A stretch of 64,000 nucleotides of DNA from the NCBI GenBank assembly GCA_963674595.2, contig CAXXFV010000016.1, positions 448,001 through 512,000 on the forward strand, in the 5' to 3' direction. Source of the DNA: a bacterium (lineage in GTDB: Bacteria > Zhuqueibacterota > Zhuqueibacteria > Residuimicrobiales > Krinioviventaceae). The notes beneath the pieces are model-generated. The model was not told the DNA's origin and searched no databases. It worked only from the letters and a program-made list of their open reading frames with translations. The position numbers and the translations under genes are program-made. Of this stretch, positions 9,829 to 20,684 are shown one piece after another (the stretch's first letter is position 1; each line of letters begins with the position of its first letter).

Positions 9829-12051
9829 ATGCGTGTATTTAAAAACTATGTTTTTATGTTTTTTTTATTGTTTATGTTTTCGATGAGTGCCGTTGCACAA
9901 AGTACAACAGGTTCAATTACCGGTCGTGTTTTAGATGCAAAAACATTACAGCCGTTAAGTGAGGCTAATGTTCAAGTTCTGGACAGCCATGTTGGTACCA
10001 CATCGGACCGTTCAGGTAATTTTAATTTTAATGGTTTACAAGCTGGTAATTATAATGTGAGTGTGTCCGTCATTGGTTATGAAAAACAGCAGCAATCTGT
10101 TGTTGTGAAATCCGGACAAACAGCTTCGATGATTTTTAAATTGTTACCGGTTGTTCTTAAAATGAGATCTGTGGCTGTTGAAGGCGATAAAGAGCGAAAT
10201 GTTATTCAGCAACCACGTTCTGAATCTGTGGGCCTTGATCTTTCAACGAGTGTGATTACACGAAGAGATATTCAAAAACAGGGAGCCAAAACCCTTGTTG
10301 AGGCGATGGATTATATTCCCGGTGCCTGGATTGAAACCCGCGGCCGCAAGGTGAAACAATTTTTTTCCATCCGGGGACAGCGTTATCCATACCCGGAATA
10401 TGCTGTTGATGGCGTCTGGCAGCGTGAATTCCATGAATTACCCTACTTTTTTTCAACAGCAGACATTGAAAGAATTGAGGTCATTCGGTCAAGCGCTGCA
10501 TTGTTGACCGGATTATCCGGTATGGCGGGTGTCATAAATATTGTTCCTAAAACCTATAATTCTCCTGAATTTTCCCATGAAATTGAATACGGCTCTTATG
10601 GATCCTATCGTCTGCAACTGTCGCATGGAGCCAAGGTTGGTGATGTGTCCTATGCAAGTGGTATCGGAATTCGTCATACCGACGGTCCTTCTGATATGAA
10701 TGCAAAGGAAGAGATGGCCAATTTTTATGGTCGTGTTAACTGGCAAGCTTCTCAAAAGCTGGGTTTTCAATTAATGGTATTTCATTTGAATGGTGAACGT
10801 CAAATGCGTTTGGCTAAAGCCCCTGCTTCTTCCCGTTTTCAAACAGAGATTTCCGGTTATGATCCCTATCGCTCAACATTAGCCAGTTTAAAAATGAATT
10901 ATACACATTCAGAGCGATCCAATATAGAAGCTGTTGCGTATTATTCTCACAGGGATCCTGAATTTTATTCTGTAGACAGTGAAACAAATGCTGTTTCGAA
11001 AACTTTGGAAAAAGATTATGAGTATGGTCTTTCTGTATTGCATGCTTTTAAATTAAGTTCCAATAATACACTCAGATGGGGTGGTCTCTATAATCACTGG
11101 GTAACACCAAATGGAAAACGTTTTTATTCAGGCCGGAAAAGTGATTTGTATACCTATTCCGGTGTCCTGGTGGATGAACATCAATTTCACCGTTTAACTC
11201 TTGATGCCGGTGTCCGTCTTTCCAAAACATACATTAATGAATATGGCGCCTTTGGTATTGACGGCAGTGCAAAGGGATTTGCAGGTGTAGAACCTATTAA
11301 AGATACATGGGAACCGATTGTTACCCAGGCAAGTCTTGGCGGTTCATATCTTTTAACAGAGTCGGTTTCTGTTTTTATGAATTCCATGTTTGGCATTGTT
11401 CAACCGCGTAAAGGCACTTTTGATGTTGATTTAAATGAGCCTCAAAACGAAAAACGTATTAAACTGGATATTGGAACAAAATTTGAGGCGCCTTGTTTTG
11501 GTTCTGTTTCTATTACAGGTTATGGAACCGTACAAAAAAACGCCATTGTGTTAAGCGGACAATCTGAAGAAATAAATGGTTATGTTGCCGAGCTTTATGC
11601 TAATCGTGATCAGGACCAACTGGGTGTGGAACTGGAACTCCGCTCGAAAAAAATGTGGGATCATGTTCAATTCTTTACAAATCTTATAACCATGCGATCC
11701 AGAAAAAAAGCGGACGATGAAATGGTCGAAAATGATGAAATTCCGGACATAATTTCCAATACGGGTTTATCGTTCGATTTTGCTCAATGTAATATAAATT
11801 TATACGCGAAATATATGTCGGAATACGAAAGCACCCGGTTTGTTGCATCAACCAAGACAAATCCTGCAACGCCGCAGCCGTTGGGTGATTTTATGAACTT
11901 TGATGCAACGGCCGAATATCAAATAGCAAAAATTCCTGCCACGACGGTATTCCTTCAAATAAAAAATATATTTGATGAAAAATATTCAACGGTTGTCGGG
12001 TATCCTGATTTTGGCCGCCAGGTATTTGCCGGAATTCGTCAATCCTTTTAA
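9829..12051 (+). CDS. TonB-dependent receptor
   Basis: Signal peptide, GSITGRVLDA N-domain, plug IERIEVIRSSAALLTG...GVINIVPK, C-terminal GRQVFAGIRQSF. Confidence 0.88.
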   Translation: MRVFKNYVFMFFLLFMFSMSAVAQSTTGSITGRVLDAKTLQPLSEANVQVLDSHVGTTSDRSGNFNFNGLQAGNYNVSVSVIGYEKQQQSVVVKSGQTASMIFKLLPVVLKMRSVAVEGDKERNVIQQPRSESVGLDLSTSVITRRDIQKQGAKTLVEAMDYIPGAWIETRGRKVKQFFSIRGQRYPYPEYAVDGVWQREFHELPYFFSTADIERIEVIRSSAALLTGLSGMAGVINIVPKTYNSPEFSHEIEYGSYGSYRLQLSHGAKVGDVSYASGIGIRHTDGPSDMNAKEEMANFYGRVNWQASQKLGFQLMVFHLNGERQMRLAKAPASSRFQTEISGYDPYRSTLASLKMNYTHSERSNIEAVAYYSHRDPEFYSVDSETNAVSKTLEKDYEYGLSVLHAFKLSSNNTLRWGGLYNHWVTPNGKRFYSGRKSDLYTYSGVLVDEHQFHRLTLDAGVRLSKTYINEYGAFGIDGSAKGFAGVEPIKDTWEPIVTQASLGGSYLLTESVSVFMNSMFGIVQPRKGTFDVDLNEPQNEKRIKLDIGTKFEAPCFGSVSITGYGTVQKNAIVLSGQSEEINGYVAELYANRDQDQLGVELELRSKKMWDHVQFFTNLITMRSRKKADDEMVENDEIPDIISNTGLSFDFAQCNINLYAKYMSEYESTRFVASTKTNPATPQPLGDFMNFDATAEYQIAKIPATTVFLQIKNIFDEKYSTVVGYPDFGRQVFAGIRQSF

Positions 12052-12060
12052 TAAAGTGTT

Positions 12061-12094
12061 AAAAATATCTCCTTGCAAGAGGAGATATTTTTTT
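12061..12094 (+). terminator. intrinsic terminator after the TBDR gene
   Basis: AAAAATATCTCCT-TGCAAG-AGGAGATATTTTTTT stem-loop with U tract. Confidence 0.75.
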
Positions 12095-12118
12095 CTATTT
12101 TAAAATGTTTATACATTT
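12073..12118 (+). promoter_or_regulatory. putative gntR promoter and autoregulatory operator
   Basis: TTGCAA(12073)-N17-TATTTT(12096) followed by the palindrome AAATGT-TTAT-ACATTT (12103-12118). Confidence 0.45.
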
Positions 12119-12260
12119 AAATATATAATCTCTTACGCACGTCATTTGTTTTTTTCATCCGAAAATTCAAGATTTTCCGGCTTGCTTTGAGATTTATAAC
12201 CTGAAAGTTATTCTTTTTTCTGGTCAATTGTTTATTACATTTTAAAAGGACATTGTCATT

Positions 12261-13043
12261 ATGACAATAAATAAAAAGGACATTATCCCGTTATATTATC
12301 AATTAGCTGATGTGCTTAGAGAATTGATTAAAACGGAAGAGTTTGCACCGGGTGATCCGTTGCCTTCCGAGAGTGAGTTGATTGAAAAATATGAGATAAG
12401 CCGGGGAACAGTCCGGCAGGCTTTTCAAATTTTGACTCAGGAAGGTTTAATTGAAAGATATCCCGGACGTGGTTCATTTGTTTCCTATCCCAAGCTGCCC
12501 CACGATGCCCGAAAGGTTATAGGCTTCTTTTCGCAGGCGGCTTTAAACGCCGGGAAAAAACCCGGGGCAGATATATTACAATTTAAAGAGATCATTGCCC
12601 CGGCTTTTGTGCAGGAACGGTTGCGGTTGGGTGCAAATGAGAGGGTAGTGTTGGTTGAGAGACTGAGATACATCAATAATGAACCCTGGGCCATTGAAAG
12701 GGCCCATTTTGTCCTGGATGTTGGACGGCTTTTAAAAAAAGAAGCATTGAAAGAATCTTTGTATAATCATTTGCAAAAAGATTTGCACATTAATTTTTTT
12801 AAATCTCAAAATACCATTGAAGCATCTCAGGCTGATAAGGACACAGCCCGTCTTTTAGGTATCAAAACGGGTCATCCTGTACTTATTATCAGCCGGATTG
12901 TCTATCGAGCTGAAGGAGATGCGATAGAGTGTTCAGTTGATACATACCGGGCCGATAGAATTAAATTTACTGTTGAGGATTTATATCATACGGAAAGCAA
13001 GAGTATTGTCCCCAGCCCTAAAGAAGTGAATCAAGTTTTTTAG
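12261..13043 (+). CDS. GntR-family regulator, HutC/UTRA subfamily
   Basis: PLYYQL...LPSESEL...ISRGTVRQA...GRGSFV HTH plus C-terminal UTRA domain ending YRADRIKF. Confidence 0.92.
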   Translation: MTINKKDIIPLYYQLADVLRELIKTEEFAPGDPLPSESELIEKYEISRGTVRQAFQILTQEGLIERYPGRGSFVSYPKLPHDARKVIGFFSQAALNAGKKPGADILQFKEIIAPAFVQERLRLGANERVVLVERLRYINNEPWAIERAHFVLDVGRLLKKEALKESLYNHLQKDLHINFFKSQNTIEASQADKDTARLLGIKTGHPVLIISRIVYRAEGDAIECSVDTYRADRIKFTVEDLYHTESKSIVPSPKEVNQVF

Positions 13044-13220
13044 AATTCCCCATTTTTTAGAAAACAGGTATATTTATCTTGTTGAAATAATTTTGTTATT
13101 ATTTTTGAAAAAAAATGATAGATTTGATATTAACCATGAATATCCTGGCTTGAAAAAATCCGAATATTTTTCTATTAGATATTTACTTACCAATGCCTAC
13201 TGTCTTAAGGAGTCTGTCAA

Positions 13221-15038
13221 ATGTCAAAAACACCTTTTTTCGCACTTTTGGTGACCATTGTTTTTTCCCTTATAATGCCCAAACAGGCATCTTGTCTGGA
13301 TGTTAAAAAGAAACCGGTTTTTGAACCGAATTTACCTGTAAATATATCCGAAACTGAACAACAAAAGTGGAACGACCAGGATCCGGGATTAAAGGGTTCT
13401 GTTGTTTCTTTGGATAAAAGAGTTGACAGGAATTGTGTGCCTGTTACCAAAGCTGATCTGGTATGGAACGGAACGGCCTGGCGAGGAGAAAAAGTAAATA
13501 TTCAGGCCGCCCTGTGGAGCGTGGATTCTCTGAAACAAGTTCGGTTTGTTACACATGATTTATTGAGTGAATCCGGTGATGCAATTGATAAAACTAATAT
13601 CTCACCATATTTCCAGCGGTTTGTTATTGCCGACAGCACTCAAAATAAATGTGCTGTAAACGAGCCCTCAACATCGCTTGTTTTAATGCCGGATGTTTTA
13701 GAACCTATGGAACGATTTGAATTACCGGCTCAAACTGTTCGTCCTGTCTGGATTACGTTATATGTACCGGAGGAAACAAAAAACGGTGTTTATCGTGGAA
13801 AATTTGATATTGTTGCTCAGGGCGGACAAAAGGTTTCCCTGATGTTAAATTTAACAGTTTACAATTTGCTTTTACCCAAACCATCGGATTGGACATTTCA
13901 TCTGGATTTGTGGCAGGACCCCTGGTCGGTCGCTACTCACCACCAGGTGGAACCCTGGAGTCCTGAGCACTGGTCGTTACTGGAGAAACAAACCCGGTTA
14001 CTGGCAGACGCCGGACAAAAGTGTATCACGACCAGTATTTTACATGAACCCTGGGGCGGACAGGTATATCATACCTATTATTCAATGATCAAGTGGACCA
14101 AAGATCAAGACCAAAACTGGGAGTATGATTATACGGTATTTGATAATTATGTCCGGTTTTGTGAAAAACTGGGCATTCAGGAACAGATCAACTGTTATTC
14201 AATGGTGCCCTGGTCAAATACGTTCCGTTATTTTGAAAAAGAATCAAATGATTATGTTGACGTTAAAGCAGTTGCCGGTTCTGATGAATGGAAAGCTTTG
14301 TGGCAACCCTTTTTAACGGATTTTCGACAACATTTAAAGCAAAACGGCTGGCTTGAAAAAACCAGTATCGCCATGGACGAACGTCCTTTGGATGCCATGC
14401 AGGCTGTTATTCAGTTTGTAAAATCGATTGCCCCGGAATTGAAAATAACGCTGGCTGGTAATTATCATAGTGAAATCAAGTTTGATATATATGATTATTG
14501 TGTTTTTATAAAACCTGTTATTGAATCGGAAATAATCCTGGAACGTGTCAACAGGGGATTGCCGACGACCTATTATATTTGCTGCGGCCCGGAACATCCC
14601 AATACATTTTCCTTCTCTGATCCCGTTGAATCTGCCTGGCTGGGCTGGTATTCTGCGGCGCATGGATTTAACGGCCTGCTCCGCTGGGCCTTTAATAGCT
14701 GGAATGAAAATCCGTTTTACGATTCACGCTACGTCACATGGCCTTCGGGTGATTGTTATCTCAGTTACCCCGGCGGCCGCAGTTCCATCCGTTTTGAGCG
14801 TCTTCGTGAAGGCATTCAGGATTATGAGAAAATCCAAATATTACAAAAAGAGTTAAAACAAAAAAAAGACAAAACATCAAAAACTCAGCTTGCTAAACTG
14901 AACGATGTATTATCATTGTTTAAATATATTGAGGAAAATGGATCGGAATATTATCAACATACTGTTAATGATGGAAAATCGGTGTTAAGTGGAAATTTCT
15001 GCTTATTTGGGCAAAAAATAGTATCAGTGTCAAGATAA
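13221..15038 (+). CDS. exported glycoside hydrolase, GH123-like (DUF4091 C-terminus), putative beta-N-acetylgalactosaminidase
   Basis: AWRGEK, FHLDLWQDP, IAMDERP (adjacent D-E pair), LLRWAFNSW, SIRFERLREGIQDYEK; the last ~15 codons may be frameshifted. Confidence 0.72.
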   Translation: MSKTPFFALLVTIVFSLIMPKQASCLDVKKKPVFEPNLPVNISETEQQKWNDQDPGLKGSVVSLDKRVDRNCVPVTKADLVWNGTAWRGEKVNIQAALWSVDSLKQVRFVTHDLLSESGDAIDKTNISPYFQRFVIADSTQNKCAVNEPSTSLVLMPDVLEPMERFELPAQTVRPVWITLYVPEETKNGVYRGKFDIVAQGGQKVSLMLNLTVYNLLLPKPSDWTFHLDLWQDPWSVATHHQVEPWSPEHWSLLEKQTRLLADAGQKCITTSILHEPWGGQVYHTYYSMIKWTKDQDQNWEYDYTVFDNYVRFCEKLGIQEQINCYSMVPWSNTFRYFEKESNDYVDVKAVAGSDEWKALWQPFLTDFRQHLKQNGWLEKTSIAMDERPLDAMQAVIQFVKSIAPELKITLAGNYHSEIKFDIYDYCVFIKPVIESEIILERVNRGLPTTYYICCGPEHPNTFSFSDPVESAWLGWYSAAHGFNGLLRWAFNSWNENPFYDSRYVTWPSGDCYLSYPGGRSSIRFERLREGIQDYEKIQILQKELKQKKDKTSKTQLAKLNDVLSLFKYIEENGSEYYQHTVNDGKSVLSGNFCLFGQKIVSVSR

Positions 15039-15152
15039 CAGATCTTTCCGATGTTAAAAAAAATGATATTTTTCCGGATTTTACGTAAAGGTTTTTCCGG
15101 TTGGAGTTGTATTAATTATCAGAACAAGCCATGTAAATTTATAAGGTGAGAT

Positions 15153-18100
15153 ATGAAAAGATTTGTTGTTCTTGTTAGTTTAGTTATTTTTGTTTTTATA
15201 CAATATATGTACCGCAAATACTGCGAAAGGATATCCTATGACCGTATCCCACCTTCGATGCGAATATCTTGCAAATCCCCTTGGAATCGACGTTTTGGTT
15301 CCCCGATTATCCTGGATGGTCTCTTCACCGGAAAAAGGACAATGCCAATCAGCTTATCAAATTGTTGCAGCGGCGAGCTTGAGAGACCTTGAAAAGGGTG
15401 ATCATAAATTATGGGACACCGGCAAAGTCAGTTCCGACCAAACAATCCAGGTTCCCTATCAGGGACAGCCTTTAAAAGCGTTTTCAAAATGTTTCTGGCT
15501 AGTGCGTGTTTGGGACAAAAACGACAAGCCTTCCCAATGGAGTGAAACAGCTTTTTTTACAATAGGTCCGCTTGAATATTCAGACTGGAAAGCTGAATGG
15601 ATTGGTACGCCGCCGGAAGATGAAAAAACAGCCCGGTCCGTTATTCCACCTTCTCCGCTTTTACGCCGTTCATTCAAGTCAAATGATGACATTGAATGTG
15701 CTTATCTCTATGTCACCAGTATGGGTGATTAATGAAATTCGTTTGAATGGAGATAAAGTCAGTGACCGGTTGTTAAGTCCGGAATGGACTGATTTTCAAA
15801 AACGCGTTCAATACCAAACCTATGATGTTTCCAAAATGTTACAGTCCGGAGAAAATGTTCTCGGCGCCATGCTGGGAGACGGCTGGTATGCCGGCCGGTT
15901 AGGGCCGGTTCGCTGGGATAAAAATTATCCGCGTCGTGGGCCCTATGGCCTGTACCGGCGATTGTTATGCCGTTTGGATATTGTGAAAAAAGACGGTTCC
16001 GTGCAAACCATCACCTCGGACGGGAAATGGACCTGCACAGACGGACCCATTAAAATGGCGGATAATTTTTTGGGTGAAACCTATGACGCGCAATGTGAAC
16101 TGCCCGGCTGGGATGAATCCGGATTTAAGGATTCAACCTGGAAACATGTTTATATAGACAAAAGTATAAACGTCAGCATTGAAGCACAAATGAATGAACC
16201 GATTCGTGTGTTTAAAGAAATAAAACCCGTTGCTGTTACGGAACCTTCTCCCGATGTATATATTTTTGACCTGGGACAAAACATAGCCGGATGGAGCCGG
16301 GTTCGTTTGAATGAACCAAAGGGTAAAGAGATTGTTCTGAGGCATAGCGAAATTTTGGACCTTGATGGTTCTATTTATATGGAAAACCTCAAAAGCGCGG
16401 TACAAACAGATACTTTTATTTGTGACGGCAAAGGTGATAAAGTTTTTGAACCTCATTTTACCTATCATGGATTTCGTTTTATAGAGGTTACCGGGTTGTC
16501 TGAGAAACCTTCGTTGGATATGTTGACCGGCATTGCTTTTTCATCTGATCCACCCGTCACCGGGCATTTTCAGTGTTCACAGCCGATGCTGAACCAGTTG
16601 TTTCAAAATATTAACTGGAGTCAGCGCGGCAATATGCACAGTGTTCCCACCGATTGTCCGCAACGCGATGAAAGAATGGGCTGGATGGGAGATGCGTTGA
16701 TTTTTTCTCAAACCGCCATCTTTAATATGGATATGGCTGCTTTTTTTGCCAAATGGGTGCAGGATATTCGTGATGCCCAGGCCGATGACGGGCGTTACCC
16801 GGATTTTGCACCTCATCCGATGTATCCCAATAAAAGATTTAACGATGCTCCGGGGTGGGCTGATGCCGGTGTTGTTGTGCCCTGGCGTTTGTATGAAAAC
16901 TATGGTGATACCCGAATTTTGGAAGAACATTATGATTCAATGGTCCGGTTTATTAACCAGATTGTGGAAAATAATCCCAATTTTATGTGGGAAAACAGCC
17001 AGGGAAATCAGTATAGTGACTGGTTGAACGGGAATACAATATCCGCTGAAAACTATCCGGAAACGGACGCACAGATACCTTATATTTTATATACAACAGC
17101 CTATTATTATCATTCAACATCCTTATTGGCAAAAATCGCTCAAAATTTAAACAAAACCGAAGATGCAAAAAGATTTAACGAAATTAAGGATAAAATCAGA
17201 GAACAGTTTATCAAAAATTTTGTTAACGATGATGGTACCATGATGGGAAATACTCAGGCCGGGTATGCTTTGGCATTAAATTTTGGTCTTGTTCCCCGGG
17301 AATTGCAGGAAACCGCTGCTGAAAATTTGTACCGGGCTTTTATCCCCTATAACGGCCGCTTGTCGACCGGTTTTCACAGTACTCTTGCTATGATGAAACA
17401 ATTGACAAAATGGGGCTATTCTGATATGGCCTATAAACTTGTTGAAAGTAAGAGGTTTCCGTCATGGGGATATAGCATTGAACAGGGCGCCACAACTATT
17501 TGGGAACGATGGGACGCTTTTGTAAAGGGCCGCGGATTTCAATCGTCAAGTATGAACTCTTTTAATCATTACGGATTTGGAGCTGTGGGTGAATGGATGT
17601 ATCAAACGATCCTGGGAATTGTTCCGGATGAGTCCAATCCCGGATATAAACATTTTTTCATCAAACCTGTTCCCGGTGGATCGTTAACCTGGGCCAAGGG
17701 AGATTATATGTCCATTCGTGGCAAAATTGCTGTCGATTGGCGTATTAAAGATTCCAAACTCTATTTAAATGTTGAAATTCCAACAAATACATCCGCTACA
17801 GTTATTGTGCCGACACAGGAAACCGCCGGTGTATTAATAGACGGGCATTCTTTAAATTCAGCAAAATATATCCAAAATCTGCAACTAGCTGAAAATAGCG
17901 CGACAGTTTTGCTGAATAGCGGCAAATACTCTTTTGTGGCAAAGTTTGATAAAGCCTCTTTTGATCAAAAGTCATTTTCCTTTTTAAATTGTCCGCATAT
18001 TATTTCTAAAAAGTCATTATACTATCTGCCGGAAAAAGCGGTTATAACCATTAAAAATGATGACAGAGATGCACAGGTCCGTTTTACGTTAGACGGCAGC

Positions 18101-18664
18101 ACTCCAACGATGGAATCTTTACTTTATACAAAACCGATTGTTTTTGATACGTCCGCTGTTGTCAAGGCCCGGTGTTTTAAAGCAGGATTTGAACCCAGTG
18201 CTGTTTCGGACAAAACAATCAGTGTGATTGATCCAAACAAAAACGGCGTCTCTTATGCTTATTATGAGGGTGAGTGGAAAATGATGCCGGATTTCAAGGC
18301 TTTGACTCCGGTAAAAACCGGCAAGACTTATGAATTGAGGTTTGAACCTGTAGCTGACAAACCCGATTATTATGCCATTTGTTTTAATGGATTTATAGAG
18401 ATACCTGTTGATGGAGAATATACTTTTTATACATTGTCGGATGACGGTTCTCTTCTTTATGTTAATGATAAAAAAATTGTAGACAATGATGGTTTGCATG
18501 ACAAACAGGAAAGGTCTGGTTCTATCTATTTAACAAAAGGACGACATAAAGTAAATGTACAATTTTTTCAGGGCATGGGAGGACAATTGTTGAACGTCAG
18601 CATGTCCGGTCCTGATTTTGAAAAACAAATAATCCCGGCTTCTATGCTTTTCCCTAAAAAATAA
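15153..18664 (+). pseudogene. GH78 alpha-L-rhamnosidase-like protein with Fn3-associated and PA14 domains, interrupted by two +1 frameshifts (or sequencing errors)
   Basis: Three overlapping ORFs join into signal peptide + LRCEYLANPLGID + DLGQN + PTDCPQRDERMGWMGD + GATTIWERW + SMNSFNHY + FTLDGSTPT + SDDGS (PA14). Shifts at 15187-15191 and 15730-15733. Confidence 0.8.
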
Positions 18665-20472
18665 TGGAGAATGTTATGAGGTTGTTTTGCTTAACAATTG
18701 TTAGTGTATATCTAAGTTGGAGTTCAATTATGGCAGCAGATTGGCAACCGGTTCAGAATCGAATCGTATCCCGCTGGACCCAAGATGTATCCTCTCAAAA
18801 CCCGTTACCTGAGTATCCGCGACCGCAGCTTGTTCGTAATACCTGGAAAAATTTAAACGGTTTGTGGAATTATGCCGTATGTGAAAATACCGCAAACAAA
18901 CCGGACCAGTTTGATGGAAAAATTCTGGTGCCTTATCCAATTGAATCGGCATTAAGCGGCGTTGCTAAAGCTGTCGGCCCGGACCAAATTTTGTGGTATC
19001 AGCGTTCATTTAATATTCCTGAAGAATGGGCAGGAAAGCAAATTTTGTTAAATTTCGGTGCTGTTGACTGGGAAGCAAAGGTATGGATTAACGGTACGTT
19101 GGCAGGAAGTCATCGTGGTGGTTATGATGCTTTTTCAATAAATATTACGGATTATCTCAACGATAATAAAGAACAGGAAATTGTTGTTTCCGTTTATGAT
19201 CCGACCGACAAAGGTACGCAGCCGCGCGGAAAACAGGTCGCCAAGCCAAGGACTATATGGTATACGGCAGTCACAGGTATCTGGCAAACGGTCTGGATTG
19301 AACCGGTTGAACCTGTCCATATTGAACGTTTAAAAATGACGCCGAATATCGATGATGAAACCCTTGCTGTTCAAATTATAAACGAGCAGAAAAATGATGA
19401 CTGTAGGGTTGTAATTGATGTTTTTGAAAATGATAAAAAACTAAGCCAGGCTGAGGGAACGATTGGCGAATCTATAAAAATTCCTGTTAAAGACCCGAAA
19501 TTATGGACTCCGGACTCACCTTTTTTATATGATATTAAAATAAAAATTAAAGATGGTAAGGGAAATGTCTGTGACCAGATAACATCCTATTTTGGAATGC
19601 GAAAAATTTCAATGCACAAAGACGAAAAAGGCGTGAATCGTTTGTTTTTAAATAACAAGTGCCTGTTCCAATTTGGATTGCTTGACCAGGGATGGTGGCC
19701 GGATGGTTTATATACCGCCCCGACTGATGAGGCGCTTCGTTATGATATTGAAGCGACAAAGAAAATGGGTTTTAATCTGGCGCGCAAGCATGTTAAAATT
19801 GAACCGGCACGCTGGTATTACTGGTGTGATAAACTGGGTCTGTTGATTTGGCAGGATATGCCCAGTGGCGACAAGTATATAAAACCGGATGAAGCGGACA
19901 TTGTGCGTGGAAAAGAATCCGCACAACAATTTCGTTACGAGTTGAAAGAGATGATCGACGGTTTTTATAACCATCCCTGTATTGTCATGTGGGTGCCGTT
20001 TAACGAAGGCTGGGGACAGTTTGAGACAGAGAATATTACACAATGGATTAAAGAGTATGATCCGTCACGGCTTGTTAACAATACCAGCGGCTGGTCAGAC
20101 CGGTTTGTCGGCGATGTTTGTGATCTGCATCGCTATCCCGGCCCGGATATGCCGCCTTTGGAAGAAAAGCGTGCTGCTATCCTGGGAGAGTTTGGCGGAT
20201 TGGGTTTGCCTATGGAGGGGCACCTGTGGCAAGCAGATAAGAATTGGGGATATAAAGGGTATGCAAATCAGGAAGAACTTTTAACCGCTTATAAGGATCT
20301 GATTATTAAATTGCAGGATTTGGTTGATAAAGGTCTTGCGGCTGCCATTTATACCCAGACAACGGATGTGGAAATTGAAGTGAATGGAATGATGACCTAT
20401 GACCGGGAGATAATAAAACTTGATCTTGAAAAATTGAACAAGTTGAATGCCCAGGTTTATTCTGAAAAATAG
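18664..20472 (+). CDS. glycoside hydrolase family 2 (beta-galactosidase/galactofuranosidase-like)
   Basis: PEYPRPQLVR..W.NLNGLW, FGAVDW, LDQGWWPDG, RKHVKIEP, WVPFNEGWGQ, LGEFGG; signal peptide. Confidence 0.85.
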   Translation: MENVMRLFCLTIVSVYLSWSSIMAADWQPVQNRIVSRWTQDVSSQNPLPEYPRPQLVRNTWKNLNGLWNYAVCENTANKPDQFDGKILVPYPIESALSGVAKAVGPDQILWYQRSFNIPEEWAGKQILLNFGAVDWEAKVWINGTLAGSHRGGYDAFSINITDYLNDNKEQEIVVSVYDPTDKGTQPRGKQVAKPRTIWYTAVTGIWQTVWIEPVEPVHIERLKMTPNIDDETLAVQIINEQKNDDCRVVIDVFENDKKLSQAEGTIGESIKIPVKDPKLWTPDSPFLYDIKIKIKDGKGNVCDQITSYFGMRKISMHKDEKGVNRLFLNNKCLFQFGLLDQGWWPDGLYTAPTDEALRYDIEATKKMGFNLARKHVKIEPARWYYWCDKLGLLIWQDMPSGDKYIKPDEADIVRGKESAQQFRYELKEMIDGFYNHPCIVMWVPFNEGWGQFETENITQWIKEYDPSRLVNNTSGWSDRFVGDVCDLHRYPGPDMPPLEEKRAAILGEFGGLGLPMEGHLWQADKNWGYKGYANQEELLTAYKDLIIKLQDLVDKGLAAAIYTQTTDVEIEVNGMMTYDREIIKLDLEKLNKLNAQVYSEK

Positions 20473-20495
20473 TTTTTTAAAATAAAATTTTATTC

Positions 20496-20536
20496 GAATT
20501 CCTGTTATCGTTTTTAAATAACAGGAATTCTTTTTT
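20496..20536 (+). terminator. intrinsic terminator after GH2
   Basis: GAATTCCTGTTA...TAACAGGAATTC stem followed by T6. Confidence 0.7.
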
Positions 20537-20635
20537 AATGTATTTTGCATCCCGGACATCCCCTTAAAATACCTCTCAAATTTTTCTCATCATATTCCTC
20601 TTTAATGCAAAATCAAATATTTTGGAAATGATTGG

Positions 20636-20664
20636 TTGTGTATACAATTAAAAATATTTATATT
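20636..20664 (+). promoter_or_regulatory. promoter of the propeller operon with GntR/HutC-type operator over the -35
   Basis: TTGTGT-N17-TATATT; TTGTGTATACAAT (20636-20648) is the exact reverse complement of 9787-9799. Confidence 0.6.
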
Positions 20665-20684
20665 TAAAATATGGATTTTAGTTT

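Noticed and set aside
15153-15735. Programmed frameshifting or phase variation in GH78
   Set aside because: The runs are short (T5, A2), no slippery heptamer or stimulator is evident, and two independent shifts would be needed. Sequencing error is more parsimonious.
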